Shown here one piece after another: positions 44,395 through 55,100 of a DNA stretch of 64,000 nt. The DNA is taken from positions 96,001-160,000 of the forward strand of contig JAPLVR010000003.1 of NCBI GenBank assembly GCA_026397015.1, in the 5' to 3' direction. This DNA is from Candidatus Iainarchaeum sp. (GTDB lineage Archaea; Iainarchaeota; Iainarchaeia; Iainarchaeales; JAAZKV01). The translations under genes and the position numbers were made by a program. Each line of letters begins with the position of its first letter. Position 1 is the stretch's first letter. Under the pieces are notes generated by a model that was given only the letters and a program-made list of their open reading frames with translations, was not told where the DNA came from and did not search any database.

Positions 44395-45165
44395 ATGGGC
44401 GAATTAAAGGGGATTTATGCGCTATGGTACAGGGAGTTCAAAGTATTCCAAAGGGAAAAGTCAAGGGTAATAGCTTCAATAATCAGTCCGATACTGTGGT
44501 TCCTTGTAATAGGCGGGGGAATAGGTTCGTTCGTTTCGCTCAACGGATTAAATTATCAGGCATTCATTTTTCCGGGCGTCCTTATGCAAGCGGCGCTGTT
44601 CTCATCGGTATTTTTCGGGGTCTACATTGTTTGGGACAAAAAAATAGATTTTTTGAAGGAAGTTTTGGTGGCGCCGCTTTCAAGAACGTCAATATTTATC
44701 GGAAAAATTCTCGGGGGCGCTACAGACACCCTGATTCAAATTGTAATACTTCTTGCAGTCGGCTACGCATTCACAGCAAGCGGGATGCTCATAGGGCTTA
44801 ATTTCAGTTTATTTTCGGTGCTGCTCTCAATGGCAATTCTTTTCATCGCAATTGTCGGGCTGGTAAGTATTGGGCTCATAATTGGTTCGCAAATGGAAAG
44901 CCCCGAAGGATTTCAATTGATAATGAGTTTCCTCGTGTTCCCGCTGTTCTTTCTTTCGGGCGCGCTGTTCCCAATAAATAATCTGCCCGCATGGATGGCG
45001 CCAATTGTTTTTGTTAATCCTGTAACTTATGCAGTTGATGGATTAAGATGGGCACTGCTGGGCTCTTCGACCTTCCCGTTGATTCTCGATATCGCGGTAA
45101 TCAGCGTATTCTCAATAATAATGGTTGGAATCGGAACCTACGCATTCAAGAAGATGAAGCTGTAA
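44395..45165 (+). CDS. ABC-2 type exporter permease
   Basis: Six TM helices; FLKEVLVAPLSR, FFLSGALFP, NPVTYAVDGLR. Confidence 0.93.
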   Translation: MGELKGIYALWYREFKVFQREKSRVIASIISPILWFLVIGGGIGSFVSLNGLNYQAFIFPGVLMQAALFSSVFFGVYIVWDKKIDFLKEVLVAPLSRTSIFIGKILGGATDTLIQIVILLAVGYAFTASGMLIGLNFSLFSVLLSMAILFIAIVGLVSIGLIIGSQMESPEGFQLIMSFLVFPLFFLSGALFPINNLPAWMAPIVFVNPVTYAVDGLRWALLGSSTFPLILDIAVISVFSIIMVGIGTYAFKKMKL

Positions 45166-45190
45166 AACAAATAATCTTTTTTAATATTCA

Positions 45191-45260
45191 TTTTTTCGCC
45201 AGCCTTTTTCGAAAAAGGGCTGTGCCGAAGGCATTTTCGCCGGCCTTTTTTAAAAGGCCG
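45191..45260. repeat. Palindromic intergenic repeat (TTTTCGCC[A/G]GCCTTTTT-n-AAAAGGC), two copies
   Basis: The same unit occurs at about 29495-29521, 45347-45372, 51991-52079, 59097-59255 and 61776-61801. Confidence 0.7.
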
Positions 45261-45261
45261 A

Positions 45262-45345
45262 CGCGGAGGAAGGGATTCGAACCCCCGCTTCCTTTCGGAA
45301 ACGTGCTTTCGAGGCACGCGCATTGGACCGCTCTGCCACCTCCGC
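45262..45345 (-). tRNA. tRNA-Ser(CGA)
   Basis: Acceptor GCGGAGG/CCTCCGC, anticodon arm CGTGC-CTCGAAA-GCACG, long variable arm, GTTCGAATC. Confidence 0.93.
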
Positions 45346-45579
45346 ACAGCCTTTTTCAAAGGCTGGCGAAAAAATCTATCTTCGCTGATGTGGCAAACCC
45401 GAGGTTTGTCACACGTCGCAAAAGCTTTGAGCTTTTGCTTAGTGCTCGATAGATTTTGCTCCGCAAAAGCCCTTTAAAGGCTGACAAAAAATTGTTCACT
45501 TCGCAAACGTGCCTTTGGCACTAACCAAAAAATTATCAATAAAAGAAATTAAAAAGCGAGGGTGCGGCGCCGGAAAGAA

Positions 45580-46221
45580 TTATTTCAGTTTTTTGAGGGT
45601 TTCCTTCGCTTTCCCAACCTTGCAGACCAGTATAATCGTATCGTCTTCGCGAATTTTCCTTTCCGGTTCGAAATGGTAAGCTCCCTCGGAAAAGGTTGCG
45701 AGCGCAAAGTAATCCTTGTCCCTTACTTCCTCTATCTTTTTCCCGACGGCCTTTGTTTCCTTGGCATGAATTTCGGTCATATCCATTTGGCCCTGGTCGA
45801 GATTGATTAAGTCATAAACTTTCGGGCGCGTTATCATCAATTCCGCGTTTTTCATTGCAAGGTTTTCCATATTTATCGGGAACATTCCAAGCTTCCTCAG
45901 GATCGGCACAGTTTTCTCGGTGGAGGTTCTGACAAAAATTTGCTTAACACCTGCATCGCGCGCATAAAGTGCGACGAGCACATTTGTTTCTTCAACATCT
46001 GTAGCGGCAACAAATACTTCGCACTGGTCAAGCTTTAACTCGTCAAGTGCTTCCGTGTCGCCGTAATCCGCGCTGATTACAATCGCATTGGTTTCGGCGC
46101 TGACTTGGGTGGCTCTCTGCTTTTCCTCAATAAAAAAAGTTACCTTGTTGTTGCTCTGCTGAAGCAGCGCTTTCCCAAGCTCAAGAGCAAATTCGGTCGC
46201 ACCGACAATAACAATCCTCAT
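45580..46221 (-). CDS. trkA: TrkA family K+ uptake regulatory (RCK) subunit
   Basis: MRIVIVGA Rossmann start, FVAATDVEETN, C-terminal TrkA-C (IREDDTIILV); adjacent to trkH. Confidence 0.85.
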   Translation of the reverse strand: MRIVIVGATEFALELGKALLQQSNNKVTFFIEEKQRATQVSAETNAIVISADYGDTEALDELKLDQCEVFVAATDVEETNVLVALYARDAGVKQIFVRTSTEKTVPILRKLGMFPINMENLAMKNAELMITRPKVYDLINLDQGQMDMTEIHAKETKAVGKKIEEVRDKDYFALATFSEGAYHFEPERKIREDDTIILVCKVGKAKETLKKLK

Positions 46222-46257
46222 CCAACCCGCCCCCCAAAAAAACCTATTTTCCTTAAA

Positions 46258-47706
46258 TCAAATCCTGCTTATCGGCGAAAGGAAGCCCCTTATGAGGACC
46301 AATACAGGAATTATTTCCATCCTTCCTATCAACATATGGAGGCTCAGCAATATTTTTAAAACCGGAGCCATTAGATACCAAGCATCACCGCTGACCATGC
46401 TTAAACCAACGTTTCCTTGTGCTGAGGCAACTGTGAAGACCGATTCAATCACAGGAAACCCGTAAAACATAAAGATAATGCTTCCTGCTAAAAGGAAAAA
46501 TATGTAAAGGCAGATGTATGAAAGGGCGCCGAGAGCTTCCTCTCTCTTCAAAACCTTGTCGCCTATTTTTATCGGGACAATTGCGCCCTTCGGAAGCAGA
46601 GCCTTCAGGATTCCCCTCCTGACCACTTTAATTACTATTAAAATACGCCAAATTTTGAGAGCCCCGCCGGTTGAACCGTAGCATGAACCGGCAATCATCA
46701 ACAAAATTAAGACGACAATAGAAACGCTCGGCAGGGCATTGACCGCGGTCAGCGTGTTTGCTCCCGTCGTGGTAATTGCCGAAATTGCGTAAAAAAATCC
46801 GTCAAAGAAAAGGCTCTTGTTAAAGATAATTAAGTCAAGTGCAATCAGGGCAAAGCCGCCCAGAGTCAAAAGAAAATAAGTTGCAACTTCCGGGTTTGTA
46901 AAAAATTTTTTTATTTTTCCGCTCAAAAGGTCCTTGTGGGAAACAAACCCTATTCCCCCCAAAAGCATCAGGAGGCACATTACCACCAACGCATTTATTC
47001 CGAAAACACCAGGGCCTTGCGAGACGCTTGAAAACCCGCCGGTCGCAAGCGAAGTAAAAGTGTGGAAAACGGAATCGTAAAATGACATTCCAGTTAAAAG
47101 AAATAAAACTGTTCCAAGAACGGTGTAAATCAAATAAATTCCGATAATCATCCGCGCAATTTTTGTGACGCTCACATAAAAATCTTCGTTCCTTCCTTCT
47201 GCAAGGAAAAGTTCGTGTGCGGTTTTCGGGTTCTCATAAAACATAAGGGCCATTACGACAACTCCAAAGCCGCCCGCCCACTGGGTAAAGGCACGCCAAA
47301 AGTTGAGGCTCATAGGCAACTGCTCAGGAAAAGGCACCATTGTAAGACCTGTGGTTGACCATCCGGAAATGCTCTCAAACAAAGCATCAACCCATGAGAT
47401 GTTATGCAAAACAAAAGGAATTGCAGAAATTATCCATATCACAATCCAAACCGCCGCAATTGAAACTAATGCATGCCTGAACTCGCAGGTTTCCGCCTTC
47501 AACAGGCGCCTTACAACAGTAAAAACACCCGTTAGGACGAGCGCCATCAAGCCAAAAATTATTACAAATTTGGTTTCGCCGTAAAAGAGCGCAACAAGCA
47601 TCGGAATAATTATCAGAACGCCGAAGACGCGGAGCATATTGGAAATTATTTGCAAAAGGATAAGCAAATCCTCCAGCTTAAGCTCACTAATCCACGGCAG
47701 CTTCAT
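46258..47706 (-). CDS. trkH: TrkH family K+ uptake channel
   Basis: FESISGWSTTG, SLATGGFS, SAITTTG, GSTGGALK, SAQGNVGLS, LIGRMEI. Confidence 0.93.
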   Translation of the reverse strand: MKLPWISELKLEDLLILLQIISNMLRVFGVLIIIPMLVALFYGETKFVIIFGLMALVLTGVFTVVRRLLKAETCEFRHALVSIAAVWIVIWIISAIPFVLHNISWVDALFESISGWSTTGLTMVPFPEQLPMSLNFWRAFTQWAGGFGVVVMALMFYENPKTAHELFLAEGRNEDFYVSVTKIARMIIGIYLIYTVLGTVLFLLTGMSFYDSVFHTFTSLATGGFSSVSQGPGVFGINALVVMCLLMLLGGIGFVSHKDLLSGKIKKFFTNPEVATYFLLTLGGFALIALDLIIFNKSLFFDGFFYAISAITTTGANTLTAVNALPSVSIVVLILLMIAGSCYGSTGGALKIWRILIVIKVVRRGILKALLPKGAIVPIKIGDKVLKREEALGALSYICLYIFFLLAGSIIFMFYGFPVIESVFTVASAQGNVGLSMVSGDAWYLMAPVLKILLSLHMLIGRMEIIPVLVLIRGFLSPISRI

Positions 47707-47799
47707 AAAAACCCACACAACAAAATCAAAAAATAACTAACCCCACACAAAAAATAAAAATTAAAAATAAAAACAACTAAATGTGCAAATAAATCGCAT

Positions 47800-48321
47800 C
47801 TAAAAATCGCTCGACTGAGACTGCCCTCTTGAAGGGAACTGTTCTTTTTTCTTCAGCTCTTCCATTCTTTTGTCAATCAAATCACGAACTTGCGAAAGGG
47901 TCGCAAACTCGAGCGGATTAATCGAATCAATCACATACTTCAGTTCTTTTACTTCCTCTTTTGTCGCCGTCCTGCCCCTGAAATCCTCGAGCACCATTTC
48001 AAGAGCGGAAACCTTTTCGCTTAAAGCACCCAGTTCCGCGGAAGAAACCCCGCCCTGCGTGCCCTGCATCTGGTTCTCAACAATTTTGTCGCTCAGGGAC
48101 TTTATTTTTTTATTTAAAACGATAAGGTTTCGGCCAAGAATTTTTTCATTTCTTACCAAGTATTTCATTTTTTGGGTTATAAGAAGAATGCTTGAATTGA
48201 GCGCGCGGATGTCGTCGCGTATATTTCCCACGGGCATCTGGCTGCCGGCTGCCTGCGGCGCCATTCCCTGCTGCACCGCCTGCTGCTGTTGGGCGCGCAT
48301 TGCTCTTTCCGGCCTTGGCAC
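47800..48321 (-). CDS. Hypothetical coiled-coil protein
   Basis: Gln-rich N-terminus, long heptad helix, C-terminal ELKYVIDSINPLEFAT; start GTG 48321 or ATG 48300. Confidence 0.7.
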   Translation of the reverse strand: MPRPERAMRAQQQQAVQQGMAPQAAGSQMPVGNIRDDIRALNSSILLITQKMKYLVRNEKILGRNLIVLNKKIKSLSDKIVENQMQGTQGGVSSAELGALSEKVSALEMVLEDFRGRTATKEEVKELKYVIDSINPLEFATLSQVRDLIDKRMEELKKKEQFPSRGQSQSSDF

Positions 48322-48395
48322 AAAATCACTAACCCGCCAGCGGCAAAAAGCCTTGGCTATTATTAAATAGATATTGATACTTAAAAATGTATTGT

Positions 48396-50909
48396 ATGCC
48401 CAAAGCCGTTTCCGAACATAAAAAAAATTCCAAGGGCGAAAAGGAGCCCGTAAAGGGAAAGGTTGAAATGAAAAAAGGGCTGCTTCTCGACGCAAGTTAT
48501 TTTGACGACGAAGAAAAAGGAAAATCAATAATAAAACTTTTCATCAAAATCGGCAAAAAAGGCGGGAAAAAAAATGCGCCCCGCAGATGGTTTTTCGACA
48601 GCGAATTTAGGCCGCACTTTTTCGTTCTTTCAGGCAAAGCCAATGCGGAAAAAACAATAAAAGAGCTTGAGGGGCTTGAGCTCGGCGACGAAGAAAAGTT
48701 CAGGATTTTCAGGGCTGAAAAAACAAGCCTGCGTGCATGGGGGCGAAATGAAACAAACGCAGTAAAGGTTTCATTCGACAAAGTAAGCCACCTCGTTCAG
48801 GCGAGAAAATTGTTGAAAGATTTGGGCTTTGAAATATTCGAGTATGATGTGCCCTTTGGGAAAAGGTATTTGCTGGACAAAAGATTGAATCCGTGTGGTT
48901 TTGTCGATATTGAATTTGAGCCCGCCTCAAACGAAATAAAAAAAATAACCCCTTCAAATGAAATCGTTGAACCGATGAGGGATATTGAGGCGATTGCATT
49001 TGATTTGGAAACATATTGCGGAAAAAAATTTGCAATAGGCGCGGAGCCGATAATAATGGCTTCCATGGCGGACATGAGGGAAGAACTTGGAAGAGTAATT
49101 TCATACAAAACAAAAAAAGTAAAGGGATTGGAACTGGTTGAGTCGGAGGAAAAAGTGATAAACGAAATCGAAAAAGGGTTGAATGAAGCGGATTTAATTG
49201 TCACCTACAACGGGGATAATTTTGATTTTCATTATGTAAAAGAAAGGGCGAAAAAGCTCGGCGCGGAATTCAAAATCAACGGTGTCGAGCCGCGGATAAT
49301 CAGGAAGGGGCTGGACAATGCGGCAAAACTGAGCGGGGTGCAGCACATCGACTCCTACCAAATAATGCGCTTTCTTCAGCGCACTGGCGCGATTCACATA
49401 GTGAAACTGGACATTGAAAACGTTTCGGAAAAAGTTTTCGGGGAGAAAAAGGAAAAAGTTTATCCTCTTGAGCTGAATGAGGCGTGGGAAAACGGAAAAG
49501 GCTTGGAAAGGATGGTTGATTACAATCTGAAGGATTCAATCGTCGCAATGAAAATTGCGAAAGAGTACCTGCCTTTGTTCATGGAAATTTCCAAACTCAC
49601 CTCACAAACGCTGTTTGATACCACAAGAAGCGCGACTTCCTCAATGGTTGAGGATTTGCTGATGAAGGAAGCGCACCACAAGGGCTTCGTTGCGCCGAAC
49701 AAACCGAACGAATTCGAGGTGCGGGAAAGAATCGAGAACCCGATAAAGGGCGCTTTTGTGAAGGAACCGTTGGTTGGATTGCATGAAAACATCGCGGTTC
49801 TTGATTTCGCCTCGCTTTACCCGAGCATAATTGTTTCGCACAACATCAGCCCCGAAACATTGAATTGCGAACATGAGGAATGCAAAAAAAATGTTTCTCC
49901 CGACGGAACGTGGTTCTGCAAAAAGGAAAAAGGATTGTTTCCGGAAGTTTTGGGAGGGCTGGTGACGGAAAGAATAAAATTGAAAAGGGAATATGGCAGA
50001 AAGAAAGCGGGCGGAGAAGAGGCAAAGGTTTTGTTCTCGAGCCAGTGGGCGCTGAAAATCGTTCTCAATTCCGCTTACGGATATTTGGCGTATCCAAGGG
50101 CGAGGTGGTATTCGAGGGAGTGCGCCTCTGCGATTACAGCATGGGCTAGAAATTATATACACGAAACAATCAGGAAAGCTGGCGAAGCGGATTTTGAAGT
50201 CCTTTATACGGACACAGATTCCACATTCCTCCTAATGAAAAGGAAAACAAAAAGGGATGTTGAAGAATTTGTAGAGAAAATAAATAAGGAACTGCCGGGA
50301 AATATGGAGCTCGAGGTGGACGGATATTATAGAAGGGGGATTTTTGTTACGCGAAGAAAAAAAGAAGGGGGCGTTGCGAAAAAGAGATACGCGCTGATGG
50401 ACGAGAAAGGAAATCTGAAAATAGTCGGCTTTGAGTATGTGAGAAGGGATTGGTGCAACATTGCAAAGGAAACACAGCGCACCGTAATTGACATGGTCCT
50501 GCATGAAGGAGATTCTTCAAAGGCGGCCGATTATGTGAGAAAAGTAATAAAAGATTTGAAGAGCGGAAAAGTTCCGAAGAAAGAGTTGGCAATAATAACA
50601 ATGCTGAAAAGAAAAGTCGACAGTTACGATGCGAAGGAACCGCATGTAAGCGCGGCAAAAAAAGCAATTGCGCAAGGGACGGAAATTGAAGTCGGAACAA
50701 TTCTTTCATATGTAATTACAAAAAACGGGAAAAGCATTTCGGACAGGGCGGAGCTGGAAGAATTTGTGGAAGAAGGAAACTACGATGCGGATTACTACAT
50801 TCAAAACCAGGTTCTGCCTGCTGTGATAAAAATAATGGAAGAATTGGGTTACTCCAAAGAAGATTTGATTCACGGCGGAAAACAGACAGGGTTAAACACT
50901 TGGGGATAA
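48396..50909 (+). CDS. polB: Family B DNA polymerase
   Basis: Exonuclease FDLET and TYNGDNFD; polymerase DFASLYPSII, KIVLNSAYG, YTDTDS, KKRY; C-terminal PIP-like KQTGLNTW. Confidence 0.97.
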   Translation: MPKAVSEHKKNSKGEKEPVKGKVEMKKGLLLDASYFDDEEKGKSIIKLFIKIGKKGGKKNAPRRWFFDSEFRPHFFVLSGKANAEKTIKELEGLELGDEEKFRIFRAEKTSLRAWGRNETNAVKVSFDKVSHLVQARKLLKDLGFEIFEYDVPFGKRYLLDKRLNPCGFVDIEFEPASNEIKKITPSNEIVEPMRDIEAIAFDLETYCGKKFAIGAEPIIMASMADMREELGRVISYKTKKVKGLELVESEEKVINEIEKGLNEADLIVTYNGDNFDFHYVKERAKKLGAEFKINGVEPRIIRKGLDNAAKLSGVQHIDSYQIMRFLQRTGAIHIVKLDIENVSEKVFGEKKEKVYPLELNEAWENGKGLERMVDYNLKDSIVAMKIAKEYLPLFMEISKLTSQTLFDTTRSATSSMVEDLLMKEAHHKGFVAPNKPNEFEVRERIENPIKGAFVKEPLVGLHENIAVLDFASLYPSIIVSHNISPETLNCEHEECKKNVSPDGTWFCKKEKGLFPEVLGGLVTERIKLKREYGRKKAGGEEAKVLFSSQWALKIVLNSAYGYLAYPRARWYSRECASAITAWARNYIHETIRKAGEADFEVLYTDTDSTFLLMKRKTKRDVEEFVEKINKELPGNMELEVDGYYRRGIFVTRRKKEGGVAKKRYALMDEKGNLKIVGFEYVRRDWCNIAKETQRTVIDMVLHEGDSSKAADYVRKVIKDLKSGKVPKKELAIITMLKRKVDSYDAKEPHVSAAKKAIAQGTEIEVGTILSYVITKNGKSISDRAELEEFVEEGNYDADYYIQNQVLPAVIKIMEELGYSKEDLIHGGKQTGLNTWG

Positions 50910-50968
50910 ATTGGAAAAAAAGAAACCACCAACTAAACCTTTTTAATTGTTCTAATCTCAAATCACTA

Positions 50969-51865
50969 ATGGAAGAGGAAGAACTGAAAGCGTACAAAAA
51001 ATCCGCCTTCGCGTGGAAAAAAGCGATTTCATTTGCGAGAAAAAAAGCGAAAGAAGGAAAGCTACTGCTTAAGTTGGCGGAAGAAATCGAAAAATTAATT
51101 AAGGCGGAGGGGGCGGAGCCGGCTTTTCCTGTAAATCTGAGCAGGAACGAGGAAGCCGCGCATTTTACTCCGAAATGGAATGACGCTGAAATTTTGAAGG
51201 AAAGCGATTTGCTTTCAATCGACATTGGAACAAGCGTCGAAGGGTTCATCTGCGACGGCGCAATTTCAATAAATCTGGACAACAAATACGCAAAACAGAT
51301 TGGGGCAACGGAACTCGCACTTGAAAACGGGATAAGCAAAATCGGTTTTGGAAAAAGTGTTGATGATGTTGGAAAAGAAATTGAGCGAACGCTGAAAGAA
51401 AAAGGGCTTAATCCTGTTTACAATCTCGGCGGGCACGGCCTCGCGCAATACGACATTCATGGGGAACCAAGCGTGCCAAACCACTCAAGCGGAAACGAAG
51501 CGAAATTTGAAGAAGGAGTTATCGCAATCGAACCTTTCTCATCAACGGGGGATGGATTCGTGGGCGAAACTCCTGCGGTGGAAATTTTTGCGGAGCTGGA
51601 AGGCGCGAAAACGAGAAACATCTATGCGAGAAAACTACTTGAATTTGTGAAAAAGTATGAGGGATTGCCGTTCGCGGAACGCTGGATAAGAAAAGAAAGC
51701 AGGCTGAACGAATTTCAGGCAAGCGTCGGATTAAGGGATTTGATGAAAAATGGCTGCTTTGAAACATTCCCGGGATTAAAAGAAGCAAAGGGCGGAATCA
51801 TTGCACAGGCGGAGAAAACGGTAATCGTGCTTGAAGGGGAAGCAATTGTTCTCGGAGAAAAGTGA
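50969..51865 (+). CDS. map: Type II methionine aminopeptidase
   Basis: AFPVNLS..AAHFTP, IDIG..DGA, NLGGHG, AIEPF, AQAEKT. Confidence 0.95.
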   Translation: MEEEELKAYKKSAFAWKKAISFARKKAKEGKLLLKLAEEIEKLIKAEGAEPAFPVNLSRNEEAAHFTPKWNDAEILKESDLLSIDIGTSVEGFICDGAISINLDNKYAKQIGATELALENGISKIGFGKSVDDVGKEIERTLKEKGLNPVYNLGGHGLAQYDIHGEPSVPNHSSGNEAKFEEGVIAIEPFSSTGDGFVGETPAVEIFAELEGAKTRNIYARKLLEFVKKYEGLPFAERWIRKESRLNEFQASVGLRDLMKNGCFETFPGLKEAKGGIIAQAEKTVIVLEGEAIVLGEK

Positions 51866-51990
51866 CAAAACTATTGTTTTACCACAACTTTTTCGCCAAT
51901 TTTTTTGTCAGTTTTTTCCCAAAAGGTCATTCCCCACAAGTTTTTGCCAACCTTTTCCCAAAAAGCTCTGCAAAGCCTTTTCGCCAGCAA

Positions 51991-52079
51991 TTTTTCGCCA
52001 GCCTTTTTAATAAAAAGGCTGTGCCAAGGGCTTTTTTTCGCCGGTCGTTTTTCGCCGGCCTTTTTAGGAAAAAGGCCGA
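51991..52079. repeat. Palindromic intergenic repeat cluster
   Basis: tttttcgccagcctttttaataaaaaggctg and ttttcgccggcctttttaggaaaaaggccg. Confidence 0.7.
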
Positions 52080-52161
52080 GAGGAAGATTTATTAAAAGAG
52101 AAAGCGGTTATTTTATCGCTTCTATATGTAGTGGCATTAACAGTGTTTCCGGTGCGGTTGA

Positions 52162-55100
52162 ATGGGAATTTACTCTGGTTTGGAGGGCAAATGGTACGAT
52201 ACTGTTGACAGCCTCGGCTTGGGCGGCATAATAGACAAAATTGATTCCATTGTACCGAGTTTTATGCTTTTCATCGGAATAATTTTAATTCTCGTAATTT
52301 TTTTAATAACCACTCTCATCACTTCCGGACCGCGAAATTTTGACGCAGAAATACTTGTAACTTCAAGCGACGGTGGAAAACCGATAGGCGGGGCTGAAAT
52401 AACTCTTAGCGCAGAATGCCTTGAAAAACAAGGACTGACTAACAGCGGAAGTACGGATAATGAGGGAAAACTCACATTGACAATCTGCAACTCGGATTTA
52501 TTTTCAGTAAGCGTTGCAAAAACTGGGTACCAAACTTATTCTGATAAAATCGCAATAATGGAAAGCACCCAAGTTCCGATAACGCTTGAAGAAACGATAA
52601 CACCGAAAGAATTCAACGCAAGAATCGTCGATGAATCCGATAAAATAATAAAGAACGCAAAGTTGCAGATGATTTGCGTTAATGACCCTAAAAACAAACT
52701 TGATTTGCCCGAAAAGGCAGGCGGAACACAGCCCGCCGACGGATTCACTTTCACACTAATATCAAATTGCAGCGAGATACAGTTGAATGCGAGCGCACAG
52801 GGATACATTGACGAAAAGGGAAAGGAAGTTTCGACAAAAACTGTTTCGCAGAGCGACGAACGATGGGCTTTCAAAATGAAGAAGAACGTTGCAACCGGAA
52901 ACGTTACTTTTGAAGTGCAAATGGACAATGAGCCCGCGGAAGGGGTCGACATTACACTTTCAACCGAAGAAAGATCGGCGATAAAAATGATTACTGATGA
53001 AAGCGGCGCGGCAACGACTTCACAGCCGATTCAGGCCGGCGATTACAGCTATGTTGCGATAGCAAAAAACGGCGCAGTAGACAGCAATTCTTTCACGCTC
53101 GGCGCAAATGAAAACAAAACAATAAAAATTTTCATGAAAAAGCCAAAGGACAAAAGCAAAATAAAACAGCTTTACCTGAAAATAAGCGATGAGGCGGGAA
53201 ACGCGGTTTCCAGCGCGAAATACTCTCTCTTCAAAATGCCGGACGGAAACCTTTTCATCGAAGAAAATTCAAACGCGAACGGGCTGGTGCAGCGGACAAT
53301 TCCGGACGGAAATTATTTCGTTGCCGTGAAAAAAATAGGCTACCAAACTGCAATTGTGGAGGTTGCGCTGAAAAATGATGGCGAAGAGCCACAACAGATT
53401 CTTTTGAGCCAGGGCGGCGCCACAATAAAAACACACGTCATCGACGAAACAAAGGCGGGAATAAAAGGCGCGAACATTACACTCAGGATTGCGGGATTCT
53501 CGGGCGTGCTGGAAAAAGTTTTGAGCGACAGCAACGGCACATATGAGTTCAGGGGACTGCCGCCGGGAGATTACACCATAAAAGTTTCAACAGAAAGCGC
53601 ACAGGGCGAAGGAACTGTTTCCGTCGCAACCAACCAGTCAAAAGAAATCACAATTTCTCTTACCATAAGCGAGGGAAAAATTGCTTTCAACTTGTCGGGC
53701 GCGGATGGAACAAAAATAAACGCAAATTACCAGCTCTACGTCAGAAACGGGGCGAGCGGAAACTTTGTGAAACAATCCGAAGGGGTAACGACAAAAAATG
53801 TGTTCGATACTGGAATGCTGAAATACGGCACGGAAGTGAAGGCAATTGTTGGCGGGGGAACATACATTCCCTACGAGACAATGGTTTACAAGATTCAAAA
53901 GACGACTGCGACTTCGCCTGTAAATATTTTTATCGAATTAAGGACTTTGAGCGGCCTGCCGAACCCAAACAATGTGCAAATGTTCCTGACGGACATTTAT
54001 GAAACAAGCCCGCTGGCTGGCGGAAAGTCAAAGCCGGCAAGCGTCGACAAAATACTTGCGGGAAAAAATTACCATATGCTTTTTGATTTGGTTCTGTTGG
54101 ACGGAAATGACACTACAACAATCACAAACTTTTTTGTCGGGCCGAAAGACCAGGCGGGGCTCCTCACAAAAAACCCTTTCATAATAAACGGCGCGTATTC
54201 AATTGAGGGGGCAGTAACTGTTTTATCAAACGTTCACGAGGCTTTCGAAATTCCAAACAACCAAAATATTGTTGACACGGGGGCGAAACAGGGGAATGTG
54301 CTGCTGGGCAAAAAAAGCGGTCCGATTACGATTCCTGTTGTTTTAGTTGTGCAGACAGATTTGAATGCAGAGGGGAAAGAAAAAATATTTTACGAAGCAA
54401 AATTCGGAGACCGGCAAAGCCTCCAATACTCAAAAGAATTTGAATTCGGGAAAAAGTTTTGCACCAAAAACTGCCCGGCTTTTTTGATTTCAAGCTATCT
54501 CAAAACAGGGGGCGGAAATTATGAGCCGATAAGCGACTCGAACAAACCGATCCTTTACATCGGGGAGAGCTACAAATTGAAAACGATTGTCGAAAATTTA
54601 TTGGAAGAGGATATAGGCACGCCGAACTTAATAGTCGAAAGCAAAACAAAAACAGGCAACGAATATGCAATAGTATTCCCGGTTGGGGGCGACTCAAACT
54701 CGGATTCAAATGCGGCAGTTGCCTCGATTACGCTTGCGCCGCTTTCAACTTCCACGCCCGCCGAATTCAATGTAAAACCCAATAAAACTTCGAGTTCGGC
54801 AAAGGTTGATGAATATCTGAGCAAACTTGTTGACGGAGTAAATGCGCTGAAAAAATATGATGGAAGCAGCGTTTCAATGAGCGTTCAGGTGAAAGAGAAA
54901 AGCGGAATCGAAATTTCGATAAGCCCCGAAAGAATTGATTCGGGGGAAGAGTATCCTCTCTTTGTAGTCAAGGCAAAAGGAACGACAACAAAGAAGGGAG
55001 TTCCGGCGAGCATTTATTATTCGGTTGAGGGCGGCGGCATGATTTACATGGGAACGGCCGATGAGAACGGGCTGCTGATAAGCGAGTTCAGCGCGGTAAA

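Noticed and set aside
48396-50909. Intein or split/inactivated polB
   Set aside because: The length (~840 aa) and all catalytic motifs are contiguous and intact.
11211-52144. Shared upstream motif CATTAACA / AGTTAAC before several cluster genes (e.g. 11212, 12938, 52135)
   Set aside because: Short AT-rich word at inconsistent distances from the starts; cannot be distinguished from chance without statistics.
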